In this document: one piece after another, positions 51,201 to 63,788 of the stretch
How the letters are laid out: every line of letters begins with the position of its first letter
Position numbering within the stretch: the stretch's first letter is position 1
Assembly: GCA_002633005.1 (NCBI GenBank)
Contig: NMRA01000492.1
Location: 62,001-126,000 of the forward strand
Reading direction: 5' to 3'
Length of the DNA stretch: 64,000 nucleotides
Origin: Phoronis australis
Lineage: Eukaryota > Animalia > Phoronida
Notes under the pieces: model-generated
Seen by the model: only the letters and a program-made list of their open reading frames with translations
Told to the model about the DNA's origin: nothing
Databases searched by the model: none
Program-made: the position numbers and the translations under genes

Positions 51201-52475
51201 ATGTCTAAAATTTAGCAAAAACAAAGTACATCCATACCAAAACAACTATATCTAACTATCACTGACATGGTCAACTTTTATTGAGATCTTAAAAACGTTG
51301 CAACAGTTTTCTAAAATATCACTTCATTTTAGTTTTGCGTGCATTTCTCATGAAAGTCACATAAGTCCCATTTCTGATAGCCCCTCATGCAAAAGTGGAA
51401 CATTTTAAAAACAATTCCCAGCATCGTTTTGAAGAGCAATGCATAAAGATGGTATCTCAAAATTATCATATGAATCCGATAGGCCACTTTTTGAGATACA
51501 TTATAATGTTCCGAGGTTAGCCAAGTTTGGACCCTTTGAGGGTCCTGCGTAACCTTAATTTTCCTGTATTTTCTTGGTGATCTTATGAATTCTATATTTG
51601 GACACAACTAACTGAAGATAACAAAAATCCCACCTAAGCTAACACATCCGAAATTTGCGGGGTTTCAGCTTTCCAAGAAAATGCGATATTTAACAAAAAC
51701 CATCGTGGTTACTCACTACTTTATCCAATATAAAAATTTTCTATTCATCAAAAAATCTCTGTGTTTTGTCATGTTTACTTTTCGGTTTGAATTTCTCGAG
51801 AATGGACTTTTAAAAAGCGACTGTAAATATAGTTCAGTTTCAGTTTCACAAATTAAACTTCATTTCAGAAGCTATACGCTCACCATTCTACCTTTTGTTT
51901 TTCAATTTACTTTCTGATACATTCTAAAATAATTCCCAGCTGCGATCATTGTAGTAATCTTTACTGACCTCCTTCCCGCAGGTTTTGTAGCAGGATCGTA
52001 CTTTACACACAAAGGCGGCGGCAGTGAAAAACTGTGCCTACCAAAAGATCCCCAGTTTGAACAAACGCGACGTGGATTCCAATCAGGGGGGCATATCTAC
52101 GGCGCCGAATTCGAAGTACGCGGCTTCAACCCGTTCTCCACAGCTAACACAAGAGGGAACTCTGTGCAGGATGCCAACGCGGTTTGCGCTGTTTGTCTCG
52201 CAATTTCACGTCCAAGTCACGTGATGATACCTGCCTATAAAACTTGTCCGACAGGTTGGACAAAAGAATATAGCGGTTATTTAATGTCTAGCCACATGGC
52301 ACATTTCAAGTCGTCATACGACTGCGTGGATATCGCTCCCGAAGCCAGTGACTCCGGTGTTCGAAATCAAAACGGCGCATTGTTCTACATCGTAGAGTCA
52401 GTGTGCGGAGGGTCACTACCGTGTCCACCTTACGCCAGTGGAGCTGAACTAACTTGTGTTGTTTGCACCAAGTAA
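43906..52475 (+). CDS. Secreted short-chain collagen C4 / spongin-related protein, paralogue B (~353 aa); exons 43906-44109, 46442-46517, 47020-47199, 50032-50139, 51982-52475
   Basis: GT-AG introns, phases 0,1,1,1, open frame throughout. GRPGRDGRDGRDGQDGPMGPPGRDG collagen stretch and the same C-terminal Cys-rich domain as paralogue A. Confidence 0.9.
44540..44603. repeat. (TACA)n microsatellite
   Basis: About 15 perfect units; degenerate runs also at ~44405-44442 and 45143-45240. Confidence 0.95.
45143..45900 (-). mobile_element. 3' fragment of a CR1/RTE-X-like LINE with (TATG)n tail
   Basis: HRLYIESGKHSYIDRKYRLCKL...VDDEFHFV fits the LINE C-terminal motif H.L.IE.GR...RLC..C...VEDE.HF, followed on the minus strand by a TATG repeat tail. 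The 5' limit is approximate. Confidence 0.62.
47484..47746. mobile_element. MITE in intron 3 of paralogue B
   Basis: Imperfect TIRs GTGCCCGGATGCATGAAACAGT / ACTGTCTCGTGAAACCTGGCAC; the first 20 bp are tandemly duplicated. Confidence 0.6.
47900..48650 (+). mobile_element. Internal Tx1/L1-like ORF2 fragment in intron 3 of paralogue B
   Basis: INSWNKRTLTRLGKI..V.SFMQSKLV.FFISLPSPP..IHRLE.LFHNF.WGGK and later SL..SWLRK, typical post-RT Tx1 sequence. Decayed and interrupted. Confidence 0.72.
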
Positions 52476-52599
52476 TCCCACACCGATGGTATTGACACAT
52501 TCAGTGCGAGACTGTATTACATTATTCTAAGACATTGAAAGTATTGCTAGTTATCGTAACACACTGGTGTTAATTTGTTTAGTCGATCCTGAAACGGGC

Positions 52600-52605
52600 A
52601 ATAAA
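52600..52605 (+). promoter_or_regulatory. Polyadenylation signal, paralogue B
   Basis: AATAAA in a 3' UTR that aligns with paralogue A (TCGATCCTG...GCAATAAACC). Confidence 0.6.
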
Positions 52606-55289
52606 CCCGGCCGTGCTTTTTGTGGAAGTCAACTTAGGATATAAATTTCTTACAGTTACCAAAATGGTCTCCTTCTGTTCCCTGAGCAGATTAGAAATTA
52701 TTTATAGTTTTTGCAGGCCGTAATCTAAACGTTTTCTGTGTAATAAAGAAAGATAATCGCCATGTAACATGTTCCAGCTGGGCCCGGCACAGACCCTGCC
52801 GTGAGAGTGGAGTGATCTTTATAGGCATAAAAAGTAGTGCATCTGAAACTTAATCAAAGAAAGAATCATGTTGTGTGCTGATGACTTCTATACTTCGGTG
52901 GATTGGCCATTACTACATTGCAAGTCGCCGGACTAGCTAGGCTACACTTACCAGCTTATCCCCCAACGCCACTTGCGGTAACATATCCCGACGCAAGCCC
53001 GGAGTCCCCGTTCCACAAAATCCGCCTGAGCTTAAGTTTCACAAAACAAAATGAACGATGTGCATTAGACCTATATTGAGATTTCGCAGAAAACTCATGG
53101 CATATAATCGAATCCTTGTTTGAAAAGTTTTCCTTCACTGACCCACAAACGTTGAACTACCATGTTATTTACAATGGCACTCACATGGCTACCTTGATAC
53201 CTGCTTGGCTTTAACACCTGATTTTGCAACAGCTGCGCCATGTTGAAATTCACTATCCCGCCAAACGGCGATCAGGGTAGACTTCAAAACCTGTCTCGCG
53301 AAGAAAAAACCTTACCAAAACCACGTGCTCTCGTTGAAAATGCACGACATCGCGAATAATCTCGCGATGTCTTGCTTACAATACTGACAGATATCACTTG
53401 AGCAACATAGCAATTTTTCCTTGTTATTAAACGCGACCACGATGAAGTTGCTTACAACAAGTTCGGCCTCCTCCACTGCATCATCGTCACTCGACTTGCA
53501 TTCTTACCAACAACGTATAAGACAGCTTAAACAGAGTTTTCGTTCAACAACTTTTTTGCAATCATTACACGTGACGAATTGGTTAATGGGGAGTTTCTCC
53601 CACACAATATGTACAGAGTCTGGTCTGGATGAGTCTTAACGAAATGCTAAGCTAGAGTCCCCTACACGGCAGTCACCCATGGGGTCTTGCAGCTACCCAA
53701 TTAAAGCTCCAATCTTCTTTTCTTGCTACACACAGAATTTCAGTGGCTCCGTTTGGATCTTTCGCAGCCGAGTAGAATTTTTTGACATAACAAGGGTGCT
53801 TTTTAACACGTTCCTCCACGCACTTCTCTTAATTGTGGCACCGATGCCATCAATTGGCCCTTTTTCATTGGATGTGGTGAAAAACCTCTAGTCGGCAGTA
53901 GAACAAAAAACGAAAACGGGAAGGTGTTCTCGTCCTTTTATTGAAAAAACTGCTTAAACATTTTCGTGGAAATCTGTTGAACTCCGAGGAAAACATCAAA
54001 ACTAATATTGCCACCGGATCCTTCTGAAAATTCGCTCTTGCTGTCCCATCTATGAAAGGGACACATAGCAACCGACGCCGGACAGACCGACGGCATAATC
54101 CCCCCACACATTAACAGTGGCATAAAAATGTCACAAGGGCGAGTAAGCCAAATGTGTCTAAAATGGGACAGGTGCTGTCGTCTACGCGAACGCAAATTCT
54201 GGTCCAAATTTTGTGAGCATCCGTCAAGGTGAAAGCTCTTTGTAGATATCAAGGCCAGCACAAAACCAAAGTTGCCAGTAGTAAGTGTACTCCACAATAG
54301 TCAATTTCCTATCGGAAGTGAAGCCGGCTACTTAAAAAACTCAATGAGCAAACTACAACAAATTGGCAGCTTTCGCCCCTAAGCCACCATTTGCATACGA
54401 TTACCACGAACTTAGAGACAGTGCACTCAGACTGCCAAAACTTCAGATTACAGAAGTCAGTGAAGTGCAAAGGGAGTGTCGACCAGTCAGATTTTTTATA
54501 GTTCCAGAGTATCTGAGGGGTACCTGAGCTTCCAGCTAAATTTCAAGCTCATGTTTGCAAGCAGTAAAAGCTTTAAAAGAGCCCCGGCTGATCAAAAAGG
54601 GAGGTAAAAGTGTTGACAATTAGTACTTTTTCACTCAATACAGAGTCAAAATCAAGCAAATGCTATCCCCAACCTTCACGTGTACCACAAAGATCAGCCA
54701 ACTCAGCAGGGGCCAATTTTTAATGAATTTGACGGAGTTCAGCAGTGGCTCCAATAAGCTATAGAGCGCCACCGAAAATTAACGTCAGTCCTACTCATAC
54801 GAACTCAATTTTCAGTTATGCAATGATTCTTTGCGCAGTTTGGCAGATATAGGGGGGACGGCAGAGGCAGACTCGAAAATAATAAAAATTAGCAATGGAT
54901 GGTTTAGAATAGGTCGAATTCGTCCGAAAATGGGAAATAGTCACGTTGGGAGCAAAAATCAGAAGCAGAAAACAGGATAGCGTTGTATACTTCTTAATGA
55001 ATAAATTGGCGTTAATTTTGCCAATTTTCATGACAATACATCTAGGAATTCCGGCGATGCTGAGATAAATGCAAAAAGTTGTCCCAAAGGTACGTAGCGG
55101 TTGTCGGATCTATCGGACAATAGTCATCATCTTGTTGTCCCGTTTGAAGAAATACACAGTCATGCTAAATTTAATTCATCCGAAACGGGAAGACCCTGTT
55201 TCTGGAGATACAGCGGAGAAACCCGGACGCCGGACGGACAAACGTAGAATAGGACGATGCATGATGACGGCCTGCGCATAAAAATAAAC

Positions 55290-56950
55290 TTGCTCCAAAC
55301 TGTGCCGTAATGAAGTGAATCTATTTTTAAGTACATTTATTCCCAATAACTCAGAAATCTGTCGTTAAAACACACACACACACAAACACACGCGCACGCA
55401 CGCACACGTGCATACACACACGCACGCAGACGTGCACGCACACTTGCACACAAACACACACGCACGCACACGTGCACACACACACACACACACAAACACA
55501 CACACGCACACTACGCACTCATTCAATGGTCTCTTACTTTTCGACAACGTCTACCTCTAAATCTATCGAGCTGCTTATTCTGTCCTAAAATATATATATA
55601 TATGGTATTGTACTATTTTGTAGACAAATACACAAGACGTACCGAGAGTGGCGTAGGTGAAGTTATAAACCAAGAGACATCATTCAGCTTATTGACCGAG
55701 ATCGATACGCGGAATAATGTCTCGTGGGATATTATTTCATCTACGCCAGTCGAGGTACGTTTTGTATTTATCCAATACGCTTCGAATTATTACGTTCCTT
55801 TCATTTCTTGGCAAGATTTTTAAATATTTCACCCAGACTGTGTATACTTGCGCGATAGGTTAAACGTTTTCACTGGTAAATGAAACAATTTTAAATCTAA
55901 AGATTTCTTACTTGAAAAGAGATAAAGGATAAATAGATGGTGAATATCCTTCCAGTCTTTGACGGTACATGTGATAATTTGACAGACTCAAAATTACATT
56001 TGTTGATGAATGTATATCGCTGATTCCAAAAAGAAAACAATGGCATTCGTTATTGTTTCACCATTATCATTGAAGCAAAGTTTAGAAACTGTTGGGAAAA
56101 TGTGTAACATCTCCCCAAAAAGTTTTGGTAAAATCACAAAATTCAAATGAATGTGTCAAGTTTCTGTGGTGTGTTTATAAACTGTGCAAGCAGAAGACTT
56201 CGAGACGCTTATTTTATAAAGATATTAAGTTGTACATAATATTCTATGAATTAGTCTATACTGAAACCATCTTAGTTAATTATCAAGAGAGACTTGTTTT
56301 TCAGCCCATAGTTAATTCATTGCCGATCTCAGAAGCCCATTTATCCTGTGCTATCGGTTTTATCCTCATATAATGAATAAGTACATCGCACACTGCTCTA
56401 CATCTGTTCTTATTACTTGTTATCCGTTTTAACACTTTTGGATAATGTGTTAGATGTGCAACACTAGTAGTTCAATTTCTCTCACCAACCCAGACAGACC
56501 ATGTTGCATTCCTAAGTCCATAAACGGTTGTTATCATAGGTCTATAATTGATATTTTTTTACCAAATGTCTCGTAATCTAAAAGTAAAATCCATCATTAT
56601 CCATCATATTACACACAAATCGTACTCCGACTATTAATCCATGACTTTATGAAACCGACTTTTTGTTCTGATTGAAGACTTATACCAGAGTAAGTATCAT
56701 TTCGCATACATTTTTTAATTTATTAATTCTAAAACCAAAGAGTGTTACAAACATGCAAAACATAACAACATGTGATAGTATTATAAAAACGAAATGAACC
56801 AGAGATGCTACATAGATGACTAGTTAAGCTTTTAGGGAAATAATTTCGACGACTCAAAAGATTTCTACCCAAAAAAGACAAAGGTTTTAGAAAATGGATA
56901 GTTAAATTAATTGGACCTTTGTTGCCGTTAGGAAAAATCTCATTCTACAA
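55290..56950 (-). mobile_element. Tx1-like LINE 3' fragment with (TG)n-rich 3' UTR
   Basis: Minus strand resembles 33805-34962 (AAAAGTCGGTTTCATAAAGTCATGGA...GATTTGTGTGTAATAT...ATAATGATGG) and shares the TGAATGAGTGC motif before the TG repeats at 55367-55520. Limits approximate. Confidence 0.62.
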
Positions 56951-57239
56951 TAAAAATTCAGAATGCAGTGAAGCCGTTAAACACAATTACATTCTTCAGT
57001 AAAAATTCAGAATGCGGCAGAATAAGGCTATGTGGCGTGGGAAATTACAATATTATATGATAATATGTCCATTTGGCCGTGTGTCAAAAAGCGAGACATT
57101 TAGATGGTGTGGCGGGATGGCGAATAAAAATTCAAAGAAGTGGGACAGTCCGCCAAGAGCAGGGCAATTGGAAAATATACTGTACATTGTCAGCAACACG
57201 AAGTACTGGTTCTTTTTAGAAGGTAAACTCTTCATTTTT

Positions 57240-59100
57240 TAAAGTTTTATTTCACGGGTATTGGTAAATACTACATATAACTGTAGGCCTACTACTAAAA
57301 AAGCGAATTAACAAAAAACGGCATCTGGACAACAGGTAAACATTGCACAAGTGAATTATCATACAAACAATTGAAAACTTTAAGAACACATACCCACACA
57401 TACACCGCGCGCACACACACACACACACGGGCGCGCGCGCGCGCACGCACGCGTACGCAAGCACACACACACACACACACTTAGCTAAGTATTACATAAA
57501 CACACCTGTTTTTAGGGCTTGCACTTTTCATTTAGACCAAATGTAACTTCTTTCCGTAAAATAATGTAACATTATTTTAACACCCAAAAATGTCTTGCTG
57601 AAAAACTCCTGGGATTTAGTTTGGTGGTTGTCGAATGTGGTTATACGACTGGAGCTGAAAAGATATCAGAGGCCAAACTACTTCCGGCATCCACCCACGA
57701 CCACAGATTGGTGCTTACAAAGAATGGCCAGCTTATTGTCGGGTTTTTGACTAAATTTGCAGGGAAATCGCTGATTGTATAGAACCGTGCCTCAAGTGTC
57801 TCAAAAAAGGAGAATGAGGCAATGAACCAAAATCAGTCGAGCAGGCAGTTGGAAATTCTCAGTGCAAACTCTCGTGGCTAGTCCCGAGGTCGCGAGCTCT
57901 AATAATAGAAGTCATATTTCACGTGCGAGAGTTGACATTCCAGGGGTAGAGTTCTATGGTTTTGGTAATAGAATCGTTTTCACAACTTTAATCCTACCAA
58001 GCGCTGTAAGATTACGCAATGTTTAATTTATTTCCCCCTTCTTTCACCGTAGATTAAATTTGGAGTATTTCTAAGTCTACGGTACATGTAACTCCCAGTA
58101 CGGTAAATGTTGACAAGTGTTTTGTGGAGAGAAGTGTGTGATTAGTTTTTGGTGCAAACCCTGCATTCTTTCTACGATTCCATTATATGACAAAAAGAAG
58201 TTCGTACTGTGTTCACGTGTTACAATGCAAACAACGTTTTCTGCAACAAAATATCCTAGCATAGCCTCGCTTGCGTTTTATTGCATATAAGACGTTTAGC
58301 TAGTAGTAACAATCAATTTCTGTATTTCTTTTTGAAATATGTAGAAACAATTTTTGTAGGGCACATCAAAAATGGCTAAACGTTTGAGAAAAAGTGTCCA
58401 AGATATCGTCATAAAAGGTTCTTTCCACCTTCCCAAAATTATTGCCTATTGCTATTTTCAAACCACTGTTCCAGGTTCTCAAACATTATCAGCTACGTCA
58501 TTTTTTCTTTATATAAGAATTCACGAATTAATAATCAACATGATACTGTTGTCTTTCGATTTTAGTACTTGTTTCGCGATTTGGAATTGTACTGAAGTTG
58601 AGAATACGTTCACTTTCAGGTAAACAGATTTTACCTGTATTTCTAATGTGAATAAAATACGTGGCTCACAAATTCCCAATGTAGTAGGTTGAAACGGATA
58701 ATTTTGTAAATACAGCAAGCCCACTATATAGTTCTATTGATTTGGCCTCGGATGTCATTCATACACAACAGATTTAAAAATTTGGAACTTGTCAGTGCAT
58801 ACCATAGACTTCCATAGATAAGAAGACTTATAATTACGTGACCTTTATAAGTTATTGGAATATTATTCGAACAAAAGGTCACGTAATTATAATTTTTCTT
58901 AAGAAACACACGATTTCGACATATGCAATCTATTGTAATCCTTGCAGCACGAGTTGTTTTGTTTTATTATTCAGTACAATGTTTTCATGGGATTGTTTTA
59001 GTCAATTAATATTATATTAACTGCGATATTACAGATTATGGCTACTTGAAAGAAAACACGAGAAAAATATAGACTGGTCTTATATTCGTTGTATTTTCCC
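57240..59100 (-). mobile_element. Second, more decayed Tx1-like 3' fragment with TG/CG microsatellite (57385-57480)
   Basis: AT-rich decayed coding-like sequence ending in the same TG-repeat layout; only weak motifs (LHQKLI, FLGV) are readable. Confidence 0.4.
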
Positions 59101-59370
59101 GTGTTCCCAGAAAATACATTATTTCGTCTATACAGGGGGATTTTGCGGTAGGTCCAAGTCTTCATTCTCTACAGAGGGTAAACTTTTACTTGAATCTTCA
59201 GACAATGTTTATTGTTATTTCAGCCAATTCTAGCGTTTGGCAATGGGAAACCACAATGGTATTTCTAATCAAAATATAAAACCCTTGATAATGTTTAAAT
59301 TGAAATATCATAAGTGTGTCGACGAGTGCGATTTAGGAGTCTCGTCGGACACATAGCCATATTGGTATTA

Positions 59371-59627
59371 CATTGCGCGCACCCAGCCTTTAAAATGGGG
59401 AGCTCGAATTTCTGACGAAGTGAACCTTTTGCTAATAACAAAGCGAGGGGATTAAAAAAACGGGGTATCACCTTCAGAACTGTGAACTGTGCGTTAATGC
59501 CTATTTAGTGGACATTTGTCTCGTTTTCTCGGACTTTTTGTTTCTCTGAGGCGGACCTTTTTGCCAACTTCGCCAAATGGGAGGCTCGTTCGAGCGCCTC
59601 GAACCCCCCCCCGTGGGTGCGCTCATG
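59371..59627. mobile_element. MITE with CATGCGCGCACCC-type TIRs, free-standing, 5-bp TSD
   Basis: CATTGCGCGCACCCA...TGGGTGCGCTCATG with TATTA on both flanks (59366-59370, 59628-59632). Confidence 0.75.
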
Positions 59628-62373
59628 TATTACCAGGAAGAGGTAACCATATCTCTTCCTAGTATTACGAGCACCGGGAGATGAGGTGTCATCAGCAAAT
59701 TATTAGCCCGGTAACAGGTAATTAATTACATCACAGGTAAACAACAAGAACAGGAGTCATGAGCCTGTATAATAGCTTACAAATGCGGTGAAATCAGAAA
59801 TCATACGTTTGCTGTCAAATTCCAGTGTGAATCCTAGTGAATCGTGTGAATCGAATGTGAGACTGAGTCATACAGCCTTAGCCTGGGGCGTAGCCTAAAT
59901 CGAGAATTTTGAATAAATATAGACACCGTACTTTATCTAACACTGCAAACTTGAACTAGGGATTAGACATTTTAACAAAATTCGTGTGTAATTAAACTTA
60001 TCAGTTTAAATGACTTATTTAAACAAATAATCTCATCAATCAAAAGACATGCATGAAGTTGTGCTCTGTGTGTAACCCTGCTTTTCCATGACTTAGCCAG
60101 TGTAAGTACGCTTTTCTTCTATTTTCTCGTTTTGGGATACTGAATTCACTGTTGTGTTATGCAATGTTATAAAGGAATGTTTAATGATCTTGACAATGTT
60201 GTCACTTGCCAAAAGAAGGTAAATGGTGATTTTAAGCACTTTAAGGAGAACAATACTAACTTAAAACGTTAATAATTTCATAATTCGCAATTTTGAACTT
60301 GTCGACCCCCAAACAGTGAAAATTTTGTATGATCGTGATACATGTATCTGTTGTTTTGCGTATAACATGATGTCCCGGCTAACAAAACTTCATTTGAAGG
60401 ACTTATCAAGAGTTTTTTATCAAGAGTTTTTTACATTATTTTTACACAACCTAAAGAGTGGTTTTGGCACCCGAATAAAGTTTTAAATTAAAAATTCATA
60501 AAAAATACTCATACCCCAGAAAGCGGAGCGAGCGTTACGCGTTCAGATTTAAACACTGATCCTTTCCCCTGAAATTTTGTTGAAACACGGGTACCTAGGT
60601 TTTCACAGGCTGTCCACTTACAGCAAATTTCGTGCGTATATGGCGGGGGGGGGCTCAAAATTAACCTGTCGTTAGGATTATGACCGACGGCTTAACTGAC
60701 CAATCAGAACCCAGCATTCTTGACACACCTTCGTCTGCTTTTCCAAACCGCCATTTTACTGACAAACAACACGCTGTCGGTAAAGCTTATTTTAGTCTTT
60801 AGTTCAAGAAATTGTGTCATAAAAATGTTGAAACGGTGTTGATATTGCGTGTGTAATTTTCCTCGAGAAGAATACCTCGTCCCTTTTTGTACATTCCCTC
60901 AGCCGAAAAGTGATGTCGACTGTGTAAACGATGGATCTAAGTACGGCCACACGAGCAAACTAAACTTGACAATGTTGCTGGATTAGTCGAAGGTTAAAAA
61001 CAAATTTATTTGTTCCAAGATACGTACCTTTCAGTTTGGTGGCTATAATGGAGACCCATCTGATTTTGACTCCAGAGTTTCACTCCTCTGGGTGCCTTTG
61101 TCTCGGCTTCTTCTGGATCTCAGCACTAGTCTAGCGGTAGTCCCGGAAATTGTTTTAAGAACATTTTTTATTATTTTTCATTTATTTCGATTTATAATGG
61201 ACATCGTTTTGTTTCGTAGCAGAGGTACTTTTTTGTAATTATCACCAAAGCTGACAGATTCGATCGGCACAAGGAGGGGCACTAGCTTACTGAACTCAAA
61301 GCCTTGTTCGAGCTGTTGTCACGAAAAAATAAACAGCTGAATTACTTTTTGTTGAGAACTTCTAGTATACACTACGCCTGAAGAGTTAGGGAGAGCTCAT
61401 TTTGTAGTTATTCAAACAGGATACGTGCATTCATGAAGCTTTAAAAGACAATTTTAGTTATTTTTGTAATAGGCCATTTTTTGCCAGTACACCAGACTTG
61501 CCATCTTTTGTAACCATACCACAGGTTAGTGATCATGCTACGTTTAAAATTAAATGAAAGGTGCCTTTGTGAAACTACAAAAAAATGTGAAGTTCATCAG
61601 AATGTTGGCCTAACTAAATGTCTTTAAGGTGCACCTGAATTGCGGCCAATTCCGTGCATTAATTTGACTTGGACACTGCCCTAGACCTACCGAAGCTAAC
61701 TGCTTGCCTAGGACAAGATGGGTATGTGCCTGAGCTATGGTCAGGATTTTTTAATCAAAATATTTCGCTCGAAGATTAGGAAAGTATAAACAGTGCTATC
61801 GACTCGGCCTACTTTACTCGGGGAATCTTATCATTTGTGACCTACTTTTCATTTGGCGGAATTTAGCAGACGGCAGAATAAAATATCGGCGAATTTTCAA
61901 TGATATTGTTCGAAATATCCTGAAATCTATGGCATCGTACATATAATTCAACTTAACGGTACATGCTCAGCTTTACATGAACATATCGTATCAGTGGCCT
62001 TGTCAGTTTTCAAGTGAAGGTCACCCCCATGTGGGGTTCTTCAGATTTTTGCTGGCTCCAAAATACTTTTCCTCGAACACTTATTTCTTCATCGTCGCTT
62101 TTACAAATTCCCAAATCATGAACATGCGATTCTCAGCTGAAAAGCACCACCTGTTGTCTTTGTCGAAGCGTTTTCGGAAAGTGCAAAAAACACTCATCGA
62201 TTCCACCAGGAACGTCGTTTAGCGACAGTGTATGTGCCTCTGCCATCTTGTTTGTTTGTCGGGTGTCACGTAACTTTTCGCAAGGGGCGGAGCTTGCGAT
62301 AGGTCATTTGAGGGCGACCGGGGTGTGGTGGAAGTGGTGGCGATAGGAGGGGTCCGAAATTTAGGTTCATAAG

Positions 62374-62711
62374 CAGTGGCGGATTTGGGGGGGCGGGCAA
62401 GGGAGCCATGCCCCCCCCCTAAAATTCTCCCAGATACCATTTGGCAGTTCGGGTTGCGAATTGCTGACCGTCAGCAATTCAGTAGTCGGACTAGCACATG
62501 CGCGCACCAAGGGGTGCTCGGGGGGGACGAATGTACAATGCATAGGCCTTGAACGAACCACCTTTTACCGTTTTTTTAGTAATAAGGTCCTTAAACCCAA
62601 ACATTCGAGACCCCTTCATCCCAACATTTTAGGCTGGGCGAGCGCATGTGGCGAAATCCTGGTTATTCCTGTGCCCTGCCTCCCCAACTCAAAATCCTGG
62701 ATCAGCCCCAG
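62374..62711 (+). mobile_element. Composite MITE, 5-bp-TSD family, with inner TIR pair
   Basis: CAGTGGCGGATTT...CCTGGATCAGCCCCAG with perfect TSD ATAAG; inner CATGCGCGCACC...GGGCGAGCGCATG (~62497-62648). Confidence 0.8.
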
Positions 62712-63788
62712 ATAAGAATGGGGGACAACATTTTGGCGAAGTCAAATTCCTTCCGGGCCTGGTGTCTGATTAGCAAAGACTACAATCTAAATAAACTAAG
62801 GTTTACCTACCTACGTGTAGTCAAACGTTTGAAATTTTTTACACCATGTTTGAGAATTTTGAGCGTGTTTGAAAAGCTCTGAGCCATGTTTCAGTGAAAA
62901 ACTTTTCTTAAATGTTTATTACGAAAACTACAATGTACAATAATTGGAGTTACGCCTAGAAAGCGCTAGACACCATTTGCGCCACGTTTTAAATCTTGAT
63001 CCATGTTTGAAAAGCCACTTTTTCTGCTTTTAATCCAAATGATTTAAACTTAGTGATAGCGACGTGCCCATGCAGGAAGTTAAACCATAATGTGTTAACT
63101 CATTGTATAGTTGTTTTCGTAAGACTAAAAGGAAGATTACCACACAATCTGCAACTTGTTTGAATTTTGTGCAGGGACAACGCTGGGAATGGTTCGATAG
63201 TTTGTTTTTGTTGATTATCTTTGGTTTCCTTACATTTACCGACAATCCGAGTTCATGGTATGGCATTAAATCACAATGGGCCGTACGATTTAAAACGATT
63301 CGAGTGCAGAATGGAACCAGTATTGTGCAATTTTTTAGCCTGGTTGTTCTCTTGTAAAACGAACTTAGGCTAAAACATTAGGTTATAGACCCCCATGAGA
63401 TTTTTTTGTATTAATTTACAAATGTGTTTAGAATGGAAATACAATGCTTTCACGGTAAAAAATATGAGACCCATTTTATGAGAGTAATAGAATTACTTTG
63501 ATTATCGTTTTTTGCCATTTCAGCGAATGAAAACCTCACTCCGTTCCAAACTCATTTCAATTCTGTGTTCCCACCGTCCCGTGTTCATTGCAAGGCGAAC
63601 CTACTCATTTCGTTGAACTTACTTCTGGCTGCACTATTGCTGCCAGCCAGCGGCGATAATTGGCTATTTTGTAATAAAATTGCAAACACACAGTGGATTT
63701 CGTTATTTGCTCTAGTTAAATCTAATAACTGCAAGAAGTCTATCCAATCCAGTAATAATCACAGAATGCGGTTTTCGGCCCTGAAACC

